This document shows, piece after piece, positions 48,870-58,464 of a stretch of 64,000 bases of DNA. The position numbers were made by a program, and so were the translations under genes. The notes under the pieces are model-generated. The model was not told the DNA's origin. It ran no database searches and saw nothing but the letters and a program-made list of their open reading frames with translations. Origin of the DNA: Myxococcales bacterium (lineage in GTDB: Bacteria > Myxococcota > Myxococcia > Myxococcales > UBA5297); assembly GCA_037442205.1 (NCBI GenBank), contig JBBIQS010000048.1, positions 162-64,161 of the forward strand, written 5' to 3'. The first letter of the stretch is position 1. Each line of letters starts with the position of its first letter.

Positions 48870-48885
48870 CGGCATGTCGGCTGCA
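48870..48885 (+). promoter_or_regulatory. Possible sigma54 -24/-12 promoter
   Basis: CGGCATG-TCGG-CTGCA (GG-N10-GC) upstream of the receiver gene. Confidence 0.35.
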
Positions 48886-48967
48886 ATGTCTGCAAGCGAG
48901 GGGGCGAGGGGTTGGACGCCGGCCGCCGATGACTCACCACGCAGCAATCCGCGGGAGAATTCGGAAC

Positions 48968-49462
48968 ATGGACGTCCACGCCAGGTTGGCTCGAGTGCGC
49001 AGCGCAGAAGGGGAGCCCGAGGTCCGTTCCCTCCCGACAGCGGCGGCGGGCGGCGAGCCCGCTTTGCCCTCCAGCGCAGAGCGCGGGCGGGTGATGGTCG
49101 TGGACGACGAGCCGTCGATCGGCTCGACCATCCGCCGCTGCCTCCGCTCCCACGAGGTGGTGGTCTTCACCGATGCCCGCGAGGCGCTGGAGCGGCTGGC
49201 CGGCGAGCAGTTCGACGTGATCCTGTGCGACCTGAACATGCCGGGGATGAGCGGCGACCAGTTCTACCGCGAGCTGGCCCGCTGCGACCCGCGCCAGGCG
49301 GCCCAGGTGACCTTCCTGACCGGCGGCTCATGCGACGAGGACTTGCCCTCGCTGGCCCAGGTTCCGCGGCTGGAGAAGCCCTTCGAGCCTCGCCAGCTGC
49401 GCGAGGAGATTGCCGCCCGGGTCGCCGCTCACCGCGCCGGCTCGCGATCCATCGCCGGGTAG
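48968..49462 (+). CDS. Single-domain response regulator (receiver)
   Basis: VMVVDDE, ILCDLNMPGMSG, FLTGG, LEKPF; start uncertain. Confidence 0.85.
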   Translation: MDVHARLARVRSAEGEPEVRSLPTAAAGGEPALPSSAERGRVMVVDDEPSIGSTIRRCLRSHEVVVFTDAREALERLAGEQFDVILCDLNMPGMSGDQFYRELARCDPRQAAQVTFLTGGSCDEDLPSLAQVPRLEKPFEPRQLREEIAARVAAHRAGSRSIAG

Positions 49463-49500
49463 CGCTGCGGGCAGCCAACCGCCGGCGGCGAGGCCGGCGG

Positions 49501-50007
49501 TCAGACGTTGGCGAACGGCTGCGGAGGCGGGGGCCGCATCGGCGGCAGCGTCCCCAGGTCGGCCAGCCGCGGGCGCTCCAGCCGGGCGAACTCCGACCAG
49601 CGCAGCCTCAGCGCCTCCTCGTGCGAGCCGGCCCGGACGACGATCTCGTCCTCTTCGGCCAGGCAGTCGTCGGCGATGACCGGCAGCCCGTACAGGCCGC
49701 CGAAGGGAGGCTCGGCTCCCGGTTCGCAGTCGCCGAACAGGGGCTCGAACTCCGATTCGTCCATCCGCCGGGCGCGCTGCGCACCCATCGCCTGCGCGAG
49801 CGCCTGCTCGTCGAGAAGCTCGGCGGCAGGGAGCACGGCGATGGCCGGCGCCCCGTCGACCAGCACCAGCACCGCCTTGGCGACGATGAAGCCGCTGGTG
49901 TGCAGGCTGGCCGCCAGGCGCTGGGCACTGACGGCCCGGGGGTGGGGCAGCCGCTGGTAGCTCACCCCGGCTCTCTCCAGGTAGTCGATGACGCGCTGAG
50001 GGATCAT
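49501..50007 (-). CDS. YbaK/EbsC-family aminoacyl-tRNA deacylase
   Basis: HPRAVSA, VAKAVLV, F.DCEPGAEPPFG.LYG, AGSHEE. Confidence 0.9.
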   Translation of the reverse strand: MIPQRVIDYLERAGVSYQRLPHPRAVSAQRLAASLHTSGFIVAKAVLVLVDGAPAIAVLPAAELLDEQALAQAMGAQRARRMDESEFEPLFGDCEPGAEPPFGGLYGLPVIADDCLAEEDEIVVRAGSHEEALRLRWSEFARLERPRLADLGTLPPMRPPPPQPFANV

Positions 50008-50098
50008 CGCGAGCCTCCTCGTGGGAGCGCAGTTCTCCCCCGACAACCTGGGGACGCTCCCGCGGGGGGCCAGCCCGGACCGCACCGGGCGGCCGGGC

Positions 50099-50986
50099 TC
50101 AGTGGCGCCGGGTCGCCTGGTGGAGCTCGAGGACGATCTCCCCGTCCTTGAACACCCGCGCCGCCCCGCTGGTCTGGCTGACGGCGATGGCCACCGCCTT
50201 GGTCTCCAGGGTGATGGCGGCGCTGGCGGCGTGGCGGGCCCCCAGGCCCATGGGGACCTTGATCTTGTCGCTGGTGGCCTGCAGGTAGCGGCCGGCGGCC
50301 AGCACCACCCCGTCCTCGCGGATGATGAACGCCCCGTCGAGCACGGCGAAGGTCTTGACCGCGTCGCGGATCTTGGGGTCGAGCACGTTGCGCTCGGCCT
50401 CGCTGATCCCGGTGAACGGGTTGAGCACCAGCGGGCGGCTCTTCTCCATGACCGCGGTCGAGTCGCCGACCACGATGATCGTCCCCACCGAGCGACCCTC
50501 GTAGCCTTCCTGGCCGATGGACAGGGCCAGCTGCACCAGCGCCTCGACCACCTGCGAGTTGAACTCCGAGCCCAGGTTCATGGCGTCGATCGACACCACC
50601 TGATCCTCGAACTGCTCGCCGAACTTGATGCGGATCAGGGTGTCGATGGCGAAGGCCTCGCCGTGCCCGGTCAGGCAGAGCACGGTGTCGCCTTCTTTGA
50701 CGAAGTTCTCGCTGGCGGCGGCCACCAGGGCCACCTTGACCTTCTCCACCCGCGCGTAGTCGTAGGAGGGGATCACCACCGCCTGGTACTTCTGGGCCTT
50801 GAGATCCTCGGCCAGCTTGTCGCTGGTCACCGCGTAAATTAGCTTTTTCTTCAACGGTCGGCCGCGCATGTCGCTGGCCGCCATCGGGTGGTCGCTGATG
50901 TAGAGCAGGTGGTCGACTTCGCTCTTGCCGGCGAGGGTGAGGACGGTCCGGAGGAACTGCAGGTCGAACTTGCTGATGTCGGCCAT
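50099..50986 (-). CDS. Diadenylate cyclase (DisA_N domain), DacZ/CdaZ-like
   Basis: EGYEGR.VGT, LDGAFII, GLGARHAA, VSQTSG; N-terminal region resembling pyruvate-kinase C-domain (FVKEGDTVLCLTG). Confidence 0.88.
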   Translation of the reverse strand: MADISKFDLQFLRTVLTLAGKSEVDHLLYISDHPMAASDMRGRPLKKKLIYAVTSDKLAEDLKAQKYQAVVIPSYDYARVEKVKVALVAAASENFVKEGDTVLCLTGHGEAFAIDTLIRIKFGEQFEDQVVSIDAMNLGSEFNSQVVEALVQLALSIGQEGYEGRSVGTIIVVGDSTAVMEKSRPLVLNPFTGISEAERNVLDPKIRDAVKTFAVLDGAFIIREDGVVLAAGRYLQATSDKIKVPMGLGARHAASAAITLETKAVAIAVSQTSGAARVFKDGEIVLELHQATRRH

Positions 50987-51051
50987 GGGATGGGGGCGGT
51001 TGAGCGGAAAAGGGAGTTAACGGCAAGCGCCGCGGTGACGAGCTCCCCGCG

Positions 51052-51080
51052 AAGGTACTCTGCCGAACAGGGGGGTGCAA
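51052..51080 (-). promoter_or_regulatory. sigma70 promoter of the diadenylate cyclase gene
   Basis: TTGCAC-N17-TACCTT on the minus strand. Confidence 0.5.
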
Positions 51081-51149
51081 GGAAGCATCCGCCCGGTCGG
51101 CAGGGCGAGGAGCGTCAGGGGGCGGGGACCGTTCTTCGGGCCGGGCGGC

Positions 51150-51179
51150 TTGACAGCGCGGGGCGGGCCCGACTACAAG
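51150..51179 (+). promoter_or_regulatory. sigma70 promoter of dksA
   Basis: TTGACA-N18-TACAAG. Confidence 0.5.
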
Positions 51180-51240
51180 AATCGGCTCAATTTTCGCGGG
51201 TTCTCGAGCGCTTCCACTGTGAGCGCTGGGGGTTAGTCGC

Positions 51241-51603
51241 TTGAATCAGAAGGACATGAAGCGCTTCAAGAAGATGCTCGAGGAGAGCAAGCGCAACTTG
51301 CTCCAGTCGGCGAAGAAGACGCTGATGGAGGAGAGCAACTTCGACACGGACGACCTGCCCGACGAGATCGACCTCGCCAGCTCGGAGTACAGCCAGTCGA
51401 TGGTGTTCCGGCTGCGCGACCGGGAGAAGTTCCTGCTCAAGAAGATCGAGAAGGCCCTCAGCCGCATCGAGGACGGCACCTTCGGCGTCTGCGAGCGCTG
51501 CGACGAGGAGATCAGCCTCAAGCGCCTCGAGGCCCGCCCGGTCACCACCTTGTGCATCCGCTGCAAGGAAGAGCAGGAGAAGAAGGAGAAGTCGTACGGC
51601 TGA
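51241..51603 (+). CDS. dksA: DksA/TraR C4 zinc-finger RNA polymerase-binding protein
   Basis: DEIDLA coiled-coil tip, RDRE..LLKKI..AL.RI, CERC...RLEARP.TTLCIRCK; TTG start. Confidence 0.9.
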   Translation: MNQKDMKRFKKMLEESKRNLLQSAKKTLMEESNFDTDDLPDEIDLASSEYSQSMVFRLRDREKFLLKKIEKALSRIEDGTFGVCERCDEEISLKRLEARPVTTLCIRCKEEQEKKEKSYG

Positions 51604-51634
51604 GCCTGCGCCTCTCCCGGCGGTCGAATTTCGC

Positions 51635-51666
51635 GAAGGGCGGCTCCGGTGACTGGGCCGCCCTTC
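51635..51666. terminator. Hairpin between convergent dksA and FHA genes
   Basis: GAAGGGCGGC...GCCGCCCTTC perfect 10-bp inverted repeat. Confidence 0.6.
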
Positions 51667-51754
51667 TGCCGTTAGAGGGATTATCAGGCGCTCGAGGGCC
51701 GGCTTCGGGCCCGCGGCCGGCGTGCTGGCCGCCGACGCCGAACCCCGGGCGGGC

Positions 51755-52501
51755 TCAGGCGATGTCCAGCTTGAGCAGCTGGCGGCCGATCAGCAGCTGA
51801 TCGCCGTTGGCGAGCGGGGTGGGCGAGTCCAGGCGGATGAAGGTGCCGTTGGAGGAGCCCAGGTCGCGCACCCGGGCCCGGTCGCCGCTGACGGTGAGCA
51901 CCGCGTGGCGCCCGGAGACGAAGCCGTCGCCGGGAAAGGCCAGGTCGCCCATCTCGCGGCCCAGGGCGTTGTCGCCCTCCTTGAGCGGGAAGGCGTCGCC
52001 GCGGCGGCCGCCCTCCAGCATCTGCACCACCCGCATCCGGCAGCCGTTGTCGGGCGAGCCCCAGATGCGCGGGCCCTGGGCCGGGGCAGGCGAGAGCGCC
52101 TCGAAGACCAGCAGCTGGCGGCCGCAGCGCAGCTGCTCGCCGGGCTTGAGCTGGGCCTCGGTGCGCAGCCGCAGGAAGACCCCGTTGCCCCCGCCCACGT
52201 CCTCGACCATCAGCGAGGCGCCGCTGAAGTAGAGCTTGGCCTGGGTGCGGGCGACGAAGGGATCGTCGGTCAGCACGATGTCGCCGCCGGTCCCGGCCAC
52301 CACCACGTCCTTCTTGAGCTGCAGGGCCATCTCCGGGCCGCCGTCGGCGCGCACCACCCGCACCGTCACCCGCGGCCGCTGGGCCTGGGAGAGCTGGTCG
52401 GCGCTGATGGTCATGGTGCCCCAGGAGGCGAGCTTGCCGCCGCAAGTCGGGCAGGTAGAGGCGCCCAGGGGCGGCTCGGTGTGGCACCGGGGGCAATTCA
52501 T
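51755..52501 (-). CDS. Zinc-ribbon plus tandem FHA domain protein
   Basis: MNCPRC...CPTCG; second FHA canonical (LGR, SGRHA, DLGSSNGTF). Confidence 0.9.
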   Translation of the reverse strand: MNCPRCHTEPPLGASTCPTCGGKLASWGTMTISADQLSQAQRPRVTVRVVRADGGPEMALQLKKDVVVAGTGGDIVLTDDPFVARTQAKLYFSGASLMVEDVGGGNGVFLRLRTEAQLKPGEQLRCGRQLLVFEALSPAPAQGPRIWGSPDNGCRMRVVQMLEGGRRGDAFPLKEGDNALGREMGDLAFPGDGFVSGRHAVLTVSGDRARVRDLGSSNGTFIRLDSPTPLANGDQLLIGRQLLKLDIA

Positions 52502-52538
52502 CGGCGTGGAACCTCTTTCGGGTCGAAGCGAGGCGTCC

Positions 52539-52567
52539 ATCGTCTGCAACTGAGGGGGCAAAATCAA
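52539..52567 (-). promoter_or_regulatory. Putative sigma70 promoter of the FHA gene
   Basis: TTGATT-N17-GACGAT on the minus strand. Confidence 0.4.
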
Positions 52568-52653
52568 GGGCGCACCGCCGCCGGCGGGCCCGAGCTCGGC
52601 CGGGCGGTCGCTCGCGGGCGTGTCGAGCCTGAAGCCGGGGAGCCGGCGCCCGC

Positions 52654-55600
52654 TCATCCGCCTTCCACCTGCTCGGCGCTGGGCCTGGCGGCCCCGGCCT
52701 GGCGCAGCCGCTCGGAGAGCTTGGCCCAGACCCGGTACATCACCGGCAGCACCACCAGGGTCAGGGCGCAGGCCGACAGGGTCCCGGTGACGATCACCAC
52801 CGCGATCGGGCGCTGGGTCTCGGAGCCGATCCCGTGGCTGAGGGCCGCCGGCACCAGCCCCAGCGCCGCCAGCATCGCGGTCATCAGCACTGGCCGCAGC
52901 CGCTCGCGGGCGCCGGCGATGATCGCCGCGTCGAGCTCCTCGCCTTTCTCCCGCCGCTCGGCGATGGCCGAGATCACCAGCACCCCGTTGAGCGCCGCCT
53001 GGCCGATCAGGGCGATGAAGCCCACCGCCGCCGCCACGCTCAGCGGCATCTGCGCCGCCCACAGCCCGATCACCCCGCCGATCAGCGCGAAGGGGACGTT
53101 GAGCAGGGTCAGCACCGCCAGCGGGAAGGAGTCGAAGGCCTTGAACAGGAAGAGCAGGGTCAGCAGCAGCGCCACCGGCACCACCGTCAGCAGCCGGTGC
53201 ATCGCCCGCTCCTTGCTCTCGAACTCGCCGCCCCACTCGATCTGCATCCCCGCGGGCAGAGGGGCCTTCTGGCTCACCTCGGCCCGGGCCTGCTCGACGA
53301 AGCTGCCCAGGTCGCGCCCGCGCACGTTGAGCCGCACGCCGATGTAGCGTCGCCCGTTCTCGCGGTTGATCGAGGCCCGCCCGAAGCCGGTGTCGACGTG
53401 GGCCAGCGACTCCAGCGGCACGGTGGCCCCGCCCTCGACCGGGACCTTGAGCTTGCGGATCTTCTCGACGTCGTCGCGGCTGGAGAGCGGCAGGCGCATC
53501 ACCACGTCGAAGCGCCGCTCGCCCTCCCAGTAGGTGCCGACCGGCCGGCCGCCGAGGGCGGTCTGGAAGACGTGCTGGAAGTCGCCGACGTTCATGCCGT
53601 AGCGCGCCAGCGCCACCCGGTCCGGCTCGACGCGGATCTGCGGCACCACGCCGCTCTTGTAGAGCGCCACGTCGGCGGCCCCGGGCACCTGCGAAACCAC
53701 CTTCTTCACCTGCTCGGCCAAGCTCTGCAGCTGGCCCAGGTCCTCGCCGTAGAGCTTGACCGCGATCTGCCCCTGCTGCCCGCTGATCGACTCGTTGACG
53801 TTGTCGCGGATCGGCTGGGAGAAGTTCACCTCGACGCCGGGGATCTCGTCGAGCGAGGCCTGCATCGCTTCGACGATGGCGTCGACGGTGGGGGTCTGCG
53901 GCGGCCACTGGTGCGGCGGCTTGAGCTTGACGAAGAACTCCAGGTTGTTGGCGAGCTTGGCGTCGGTGCCGTCCTCGGGCCGGCCGAGCTGGCCGATGGA
54001 CTCCTCGACCTGCGGCATGGCGGCGATCAGCTTCTCGATCCGCGGCGCGAGCTTGCGCCCCTCGGAGAGGCCGATGTTGGGCGGCAGGGTGAAGGTCAGG
54101 TAGAGGCCACCCTCGTTGAGCTCGGGCAGGAACTCCGAGCCCAGCCGCGAGAAGACCACCAGGGTCAGACACAGGACCAGGGAGGTCGCGCCCAGGATCA
54201 GCGCCGGCCGCTTGAGGGCGAAGCCCAGGGTCGGGGCGTAGGCCTTGTCCGCCCACCGCAGCACCGGCGACTCGCGGTGCACCGGCTTGCGCCGGTAGAC
54301 CAGCGAGGCCAGCACCGGAACCAGCGTCACCGAGAAGACCAGCGCCCCGACCAGCGCCGCCACCACGGTGTTGGACATCGGGGCGAAGATGCGTCCCTCG
54401 ACCCGCTCGAGCATGAAGATCGGGAAGTAAGCCGCGATGATGATCAGCAGCGAGAACACGGTGGGGCGCACCACGGTCCGCGTGGCCTGCAGGATGCGGC
54501 CCTCGATGGTCTCGGGCGCGTCCTTGTCGTGCGACCAGAGGCGCTGCAGCACCGCCTCGATGATCACCACTCCGCCGTCGACGATCACCCCGAAGTCCAC
54601 CGCGCCCATCGACAGCAGGTTGGCGCTCATGCCGCGAAGCTTGAGGTAGATGAAGCTGGTCAGCAGCGACAGCGGGATGAGGGTGGCCACCACCAGCGCC
54701 GCCCGCAGATCGAGCAGGAAGACGAAGAGCACGATGCTCACCAGCAGCGCGCCCTCGACCAGGTTGCGGCCCACGGTCTTGAGGGTGGTGCCCACCAGGT
54801 CGGTGCGGTCGTAGAAGGGCTTGAGGGAGACCCCCTCCGGCGCGAGCCGATCGTTGATCTGGGCGATGGCCTCGCGGGCCCGCTCCAGCACCGCCGAGGG
54901 GTTCTCGCCCCGGCGCATCAGCACGATGCCCTGGACCACGTCGGTCTGGTCCTTGCGGCTGACCACGCCCTGGCGCGGCGCCCAGCCGTCGGAGAGGTCG
55001 GCGACGTCCTTGAGGAAGACCGGGGTGCCGTCGAAGGTGGCCACCCGCACCTGCCCCAGGTCGTCGAGCTTCTTGAACAGCCCCTCGCTGCGGATGACGA
55101 ACTGCTCGGCGCCGCGCTCGAGGATACCGCCGGAGGCATTGACCGAGCTGGCGGTGATCGCCTGCTCGAGCTGGGCCACGGTGAGGTGGAACTTGGCCAG
55201 CCGGGCCGGGTCGGGCTCGACGTGGACCTCGCGCAGCAGCCCGCCGTAGCTGACCACGTCGGCCACGCCTAGCACCCGCATCAGCGCCGGGCGGACAACC
55301 CAGTCCTGCAGGGTGCGCAGCCGCATCGGGTCGAGCCGGGAGCCTTCGAGGGTGTAGCGGTAGATCTCGCCGATCGGCGTCGCCAGCGGCCCAAGCTCGG
55401 GCGTGATGCCGTCGGGCAGCTCGGCGTCGCGCAGCCGCTCCAGCACCTGCTGGCGGGCGAGCAGCACGTCGACGCCGTCGTGGAAGGTGAGGGTGATGAA
55501 GCTCAGGCCGAACAGGTTCAGATCGCGCAGCCGGCTCATCCCCGGGGTGCCGTTGAGGGCGCGCTCCAGCGGCAGGCCGATCTGGCGCTCGACCTCCTCG

Positions 55601-55773
55601 GCCGGCTGGCCCGCGAACAGCGTGATCACGGTGACCTGGGTGTCGGTGGGGTCGGGGAAGGCCTCGACCGTCAGGTCGCGGAAGGCGAGATAGCCCCAGA
55701 CCGCGATCGCCAGGGTGACGAAGAGGATGGCGCTCTTGTTCTTGAGCGAGAAGCTGACCAGGTGATCGAACAT
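52654..55773 (-). CDS. CusA/CzcA-family heavy-metal RND efflux permease
   Basis: EAFPD, P.EVE, GEIYRY, QDWVVRP, GAVDFGVIVD, GSEFLPELNEG, RLRPVLMTA, QRPIA.V. Confidence 0.95.
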   Translation of the reverse strand: MFDHLVSFSLKNKSAILFVTLAIAVWGYLAFRDLTVEAFPDPTDTQVTVITLFAGQPAEEVERQIGLPLERALNGTPGMSRLRDLNLFGLSFITLTFHDGVDVLLARQQVLERLRDAELPDGITPELGPLATPIGEIYRYTLEGSRLDPMRLRTLQDWVVRPALMRVLGVADVVSYGGLLREVHVEPDPARLAKFHLTVAQLEQAITASSVNASGGILERGAEQFVIRSEGLFKKLDDLGQVRVATFDGTPVFLKDVADLSDGWAPRQGVVSRKDQTDVVQGIVLMRRGENPSAVLERAREAIAQINDRLAPEGVSLKPFYDRTDLVGTTLKTVGRNLVEGALLVSIVLFVFLLDLRAALVVATLIPLSLLTSFIYLKLRGMSANLLSMGAVDFGVIVDGGVVIIEAVLQRLWSHDKDAPETIEGRILQATRTVVRPTVFSLLIIIAAYFPIFMLERVEGRIFAPMSNTVVAALVGALVFSVTLVPVLASLVYRRKPVHRESPVLRWADKAYAPTLGFALKRPALILGATSLVLCLTLVVFSRLGSEFLPELNEGGLYLTFTLPPNIGLSEGRKLAPRIEKLIAAMPQVEESIGQLGRPEDGTDAKLANNLEFFVKLKPPHQWPPQTPTVDAIVEAMQASLDEIPGVEVNFSQPIRDNVNESISGQQGQIAVKLYGEDLGQLQSLAEQVKKVVSQVPGAADVALYKSGVVPQIRVEPDRVALARYGMNVGDFQHVFQTALGGRPVGTYWEGERRFDVVMRLPLSSRDDVEKIRKLKVPVEGGATVPLESLAHVDTGFGRASINRENGRRYIGVRLNVRGRDLGSFVEQARAEVSQKAPLPAGMQIEWGGEFESKERAMHRLLTVVPVALLLTLLFLFKAFDSFPLAVLTLLNVPFALIGGVIGLWAAQMPLSVAAAVGFIALIGQAALNGVLVISAIAERREKGEELDAAIIAGARERLRPVLMTAMLAALGLVPAALSHGIGSETQRPIAVVIVTGTLSACALTLVVLPVMYRVWAKLSERLRQAGAARPSAEQVEGG

Positions 55774-55785
55774 GGGGAGGTCTCG

Positions 55786-56982
55786 CTAGCGCCTGGCCAG
55801 CTCGATCTGATTGAGCAACAGCAGCGCGCCGCGGGAGACGTAGCGGCTGCCGGGGGAGAGCCCGCGCAGCAGCTCCACTTCGCCGTCGCGCTGGCGGCCG
55901 ACGGTCACCGGCACACGCTCCAGCCTCCCGCTGCCCTGCGCCACGAAGACCACTGAATTGGCGCCGTCGGTGACCACCGCCTCGCTGGGTACGCGCACCC
56001 GCTTGGCGCCCTCCGCCGGCGAGAAGGAGATCTCGGCGTAGGCGTTGGGGCGCAGCGCCCGATCCTTGTTAGCGACACGCACCCGGACCTCGACGGTGCG
56101 GCGGGTGGGATCGACCACCTCGCTGACCTGCTCCACCTCGCCAGCGCGGGTCAGGCCGGAGCTGGTGCGCGCCTCGACCGAAGAGCCTTTGTGGATGTCG
56201 CCGGCGTCGGACTCCTGGACGTCGGCCAGCACCAGCACCTCGTCGAGATCGCTGATCCGCAGCAGCGGCTTCTCGCGGTCGGGGGTCGCCTCCTGGTTGG
56301 CGGCCAGATCCTGCTCGACCACCGTGCCCTTGCGCGGGGCCACGACCCAGAACAGGTTGTTGGCCTCGGGGGCGATGCGCAGGCTGTCGCGCTTGGCCTG
56401 GGCCGCCTGCAGCGCCAGCTGGGCGTCGTGGAGCTCGGCCTCGGCGGCCAGCTGATCCTTCTCCGGCGCCGCCTGCAGCGAGACCAGCTCCTTCGCCCGC
56501 TGGGCCAGCCGCTCCTTGACGCCCACCGCGGCGGTGGCGGCCTGGACCTCCTTCTCCAGGTCGGCCCAGGCGCCGCTGCGCACCGAGAAGAGCCGCTCGC
56601 CCTTCTCCACCCGGTCGCCCAGGCGCACCAGCAACCGGTCGATTCGCCCGGCCAGCGGCGTGCCGACCGCGGCGGTGCGCAGCTCGTCGAAGCCGACGCG
56701 CCCGGGGGCGGGCAGGGGAGCCAGCAGGGAGTCCTCCTTGGCCACGGCCAGCTCGACGTAGCGCCACTGCGGGGCGTTCTCGGTGAGCGAGATTCCCTTG
56801 TCATCGGCCTGAATCGGCGCGGGAGGCGGAGTCAGGGCGGGGTGCTGGCTGAAGGCCAGCTTCCAGGCCGGGATCACGATCCCCGCCGCCAAGGCGAGGC
56901 TCCCCAGCGCCCAGAGCGCGGCACGGCGGATGCGCTTGGGGTCGGCAGCAGTGGGCATCTCGGCGTCGAGACCTTGGCTCAT
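55786..56982 (-). CDS. RND efflux periplasmic adaptor (CzcB-like)
   Basis: ATGA overlap; TM anchor; GRI..L.V.LGDRV.KG, AP..GTVV, VDPTRRTV.VR, VP.EAV. Confidence 0.92.
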   Translation of the reverse strand: MSQGLDAEMPTAADPKRIRRAALWALGSLALAAGIVIPAWKLAFSQHPALTPPPAPIQADDKGISLTENAPQWRYVELAVAKEDSLLAPLPAPGRVGFDELRTAAVGTPLAGRIDRLLVRLGDRVEKGERLFSVRSGAWADLEKEVQAATAAVGVKERLAQRAKELVSLQAAPEKDQLAAEAELHDAQLALQAAQAKRDSLRIAPEANNLFWVVAPRKGTVVEQDLAANQEATPDREKPLLRISDLDEVLVLADVQESDAGDIHKGSSVEARTSSGLTRAGEVEQVSEVVDPTRRTVEVRVRVANKDRALRPNAYAEISFSPAEGAKRVRVPSEAVVTDGANSVVFVAQGSGRLERVPVTVGRQRDGEVELLRGLSPGSRYVSRGALLLLNQIELARR

Positions 56983-58322
56983 GAGGCGCTCCCTTCCTGG
57001 AGGGCGAGCTCGGCCGATGGCAGAGGCAGCGGGCCGGCAATTCTGGAGATGGCGACGGCGATCTCGAACGCCGCCAGGTCGAGGTCGGCGGAGTCCTCGA
57101 GCAGCTCGCCCAGGGTGCGGCGGGCGGCGAGCAGGTCCTGCAGCGGGGCGGCGCCGCTCTGCACGGCTCGGGTCAGCCGCTCGACCACGCCGCGGGCCAT
57201 GGGCAGGGTCGCGCCGTCCATGCGCGCGCGGCGCTCCTTGAGGAGGCGGGCCTGCTCCAGGAGCTGGGTGAGATCGCGCGAGGCCTGGATGCGCAGCAGC
57301 TGGCCGGACAGCTCGGCGGCGCGGCGGGCGGCGACCGCCTGGGCGGCGTCGGCGTGGCCGCGCTCGAAGACCGGTAGGGGAACCGAGACTCCCACCGACA
57401 GGCTCTGCCCCTGGTTTCCCGAGACCAGGAAGGTGTCGTAGGTGTAGCCGAGGCGGACGTTGGGATCGGGGAGGGCCTTGGCGCGGGCCAGCTCGAGGGC
57501 CGCCTGGGCGCTCTCCTGCTGGGCGGCGAGCGAGCGCAGGTCGGGGCGACTCTCGATCTGCCGCGACAGCTCGTCGGGCTGGGAGGGCGGCTCGGCGCGG
57601 GCGATGAGGAAGTCGCGGGCCTGGGCGGCGTCGCGGAAGGGGTCGCAAGGGCGGCCGACCAGCTGGGCGCAGCCGATGAGCTCGAGGTGCAGCTTCTGCC
57701 GCTCCTCGGCCAGCGACGAGCGCAGCTTCTCCTCGTCGAGGTGGGCGCGGTCGGTGTCGAGCTCGGCGGCGTCGCCGTGCTGGGCGCGCTTGTGCTGGAT
57801 CTCGGTGAGGGCGGCGGCGTCGGCCACCAGATCCTCCAGGGCGGCGATGCGCTCCTGGCTGTTGGCGACCCGGCCGATGGCCTGGACCAGGTCCTGGTGT
57901 CTCTGGCGCAGCAGCTCGGCGGCGTCGAGGGAGGCGGCCTCGGCGGCCTTGCGGGTCGAGCGCTGCCGCGGGCCGCGCTTGCCCAGCTCGAAGGTCTCGG
58001 ACAGGCCCGCGACGTAGTTGGGGATGTTGGCCAGCGGGTGCTCGAGGCCCGGCGGATTGGTGGTCCCCACCGGGATGGTGTTCCAGGAGAGGTCGAGGCT
58101 GGGATTGAGGTAGGTCCGGGCGCGGCGGTAGTCGGCCTCGGCGGCCGCAGTGCGGGCGCGGGCAGCGGCGAGGTCGGTGGTGCTCAGCCACACCAGGCGC
58201 GCCAGCTCGGCGTCGCTGGGCAGCGCAGACAGCGCCAGCCGGTCGGATTGGGCGGTCGAGATAGTGGGGACGAGCGCAGCGAGAAACGCGACAGAGACGA
58301 CGCAAACGGTCCGTGGCGACAC
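56979..58322 (-). CDS. TolC-family outer-membrane efflux protein (CzcC-like)
   Basis: NPSL, FELGKR, RPDL, SVPLPVFER; start probably GTG 58322 after GGAGG. Confidence 0.9.
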   Translation of the reverse strand: MSPRTVCVVSVAFLAALVPTISTAQSDRLALSALPSDAELARLVWLSTTDLAAARARTAAAEADYRRARTYLNPSLDLSWNTIPVGTTNPPGLEHPLANIPNYVAGLSETFELGKRGPRQRSTRKAAEAASLDAAELLRQRHQDLVQAIGRVANSQERIAALEDLVADAAALTEIQHKRAQHGDAAELDTDRAHLDEEKLRSSLAEERQKLHLELIGCAQLVGRPCDPFRDAAQARDFLIARAEPPSQPDELSRQIESRPDLRSLAAQQESAQAALELARAKALPDPNVRLGYTYDTFLVSGNQGQSLSVGVSVPLPVFERGHADAAQAVAARRAAELSGQLLRIQASRDLTQLLEQARLLKERRARMDGATLPMARGVVERLTRAVQSGAAPLQDLLAARRTLGELLEDSADLDLAAFEIAVAISRIAGPLPLPSAELALQEGSAS

Positions 58323-58352
58323 GAGGGCACAAACCTCCAATGCGGGGAGGTA

Positions 58353-58368
58353 GGCAAGTGCCGTGCCG
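58353..58368 (-). promoter_or_regulatory. sigma54 promoter of the efflux operon
   Basis: CGGCACG-GCAC-TTGC on the minus strand (consensus TGGCACG-N4-TTGC), next to a bEBP gene. Confidence 0.8.
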
Positions 58369-58464
58369 CCGGCGCCGACGGCACGCCGCCGGGCGAAATT
58401 GGAAGCCGAGCGTGCCGGGAAATTTCAGCGTGAAAGAAAACAGCGCAAGAATTTTGAATCGCCG

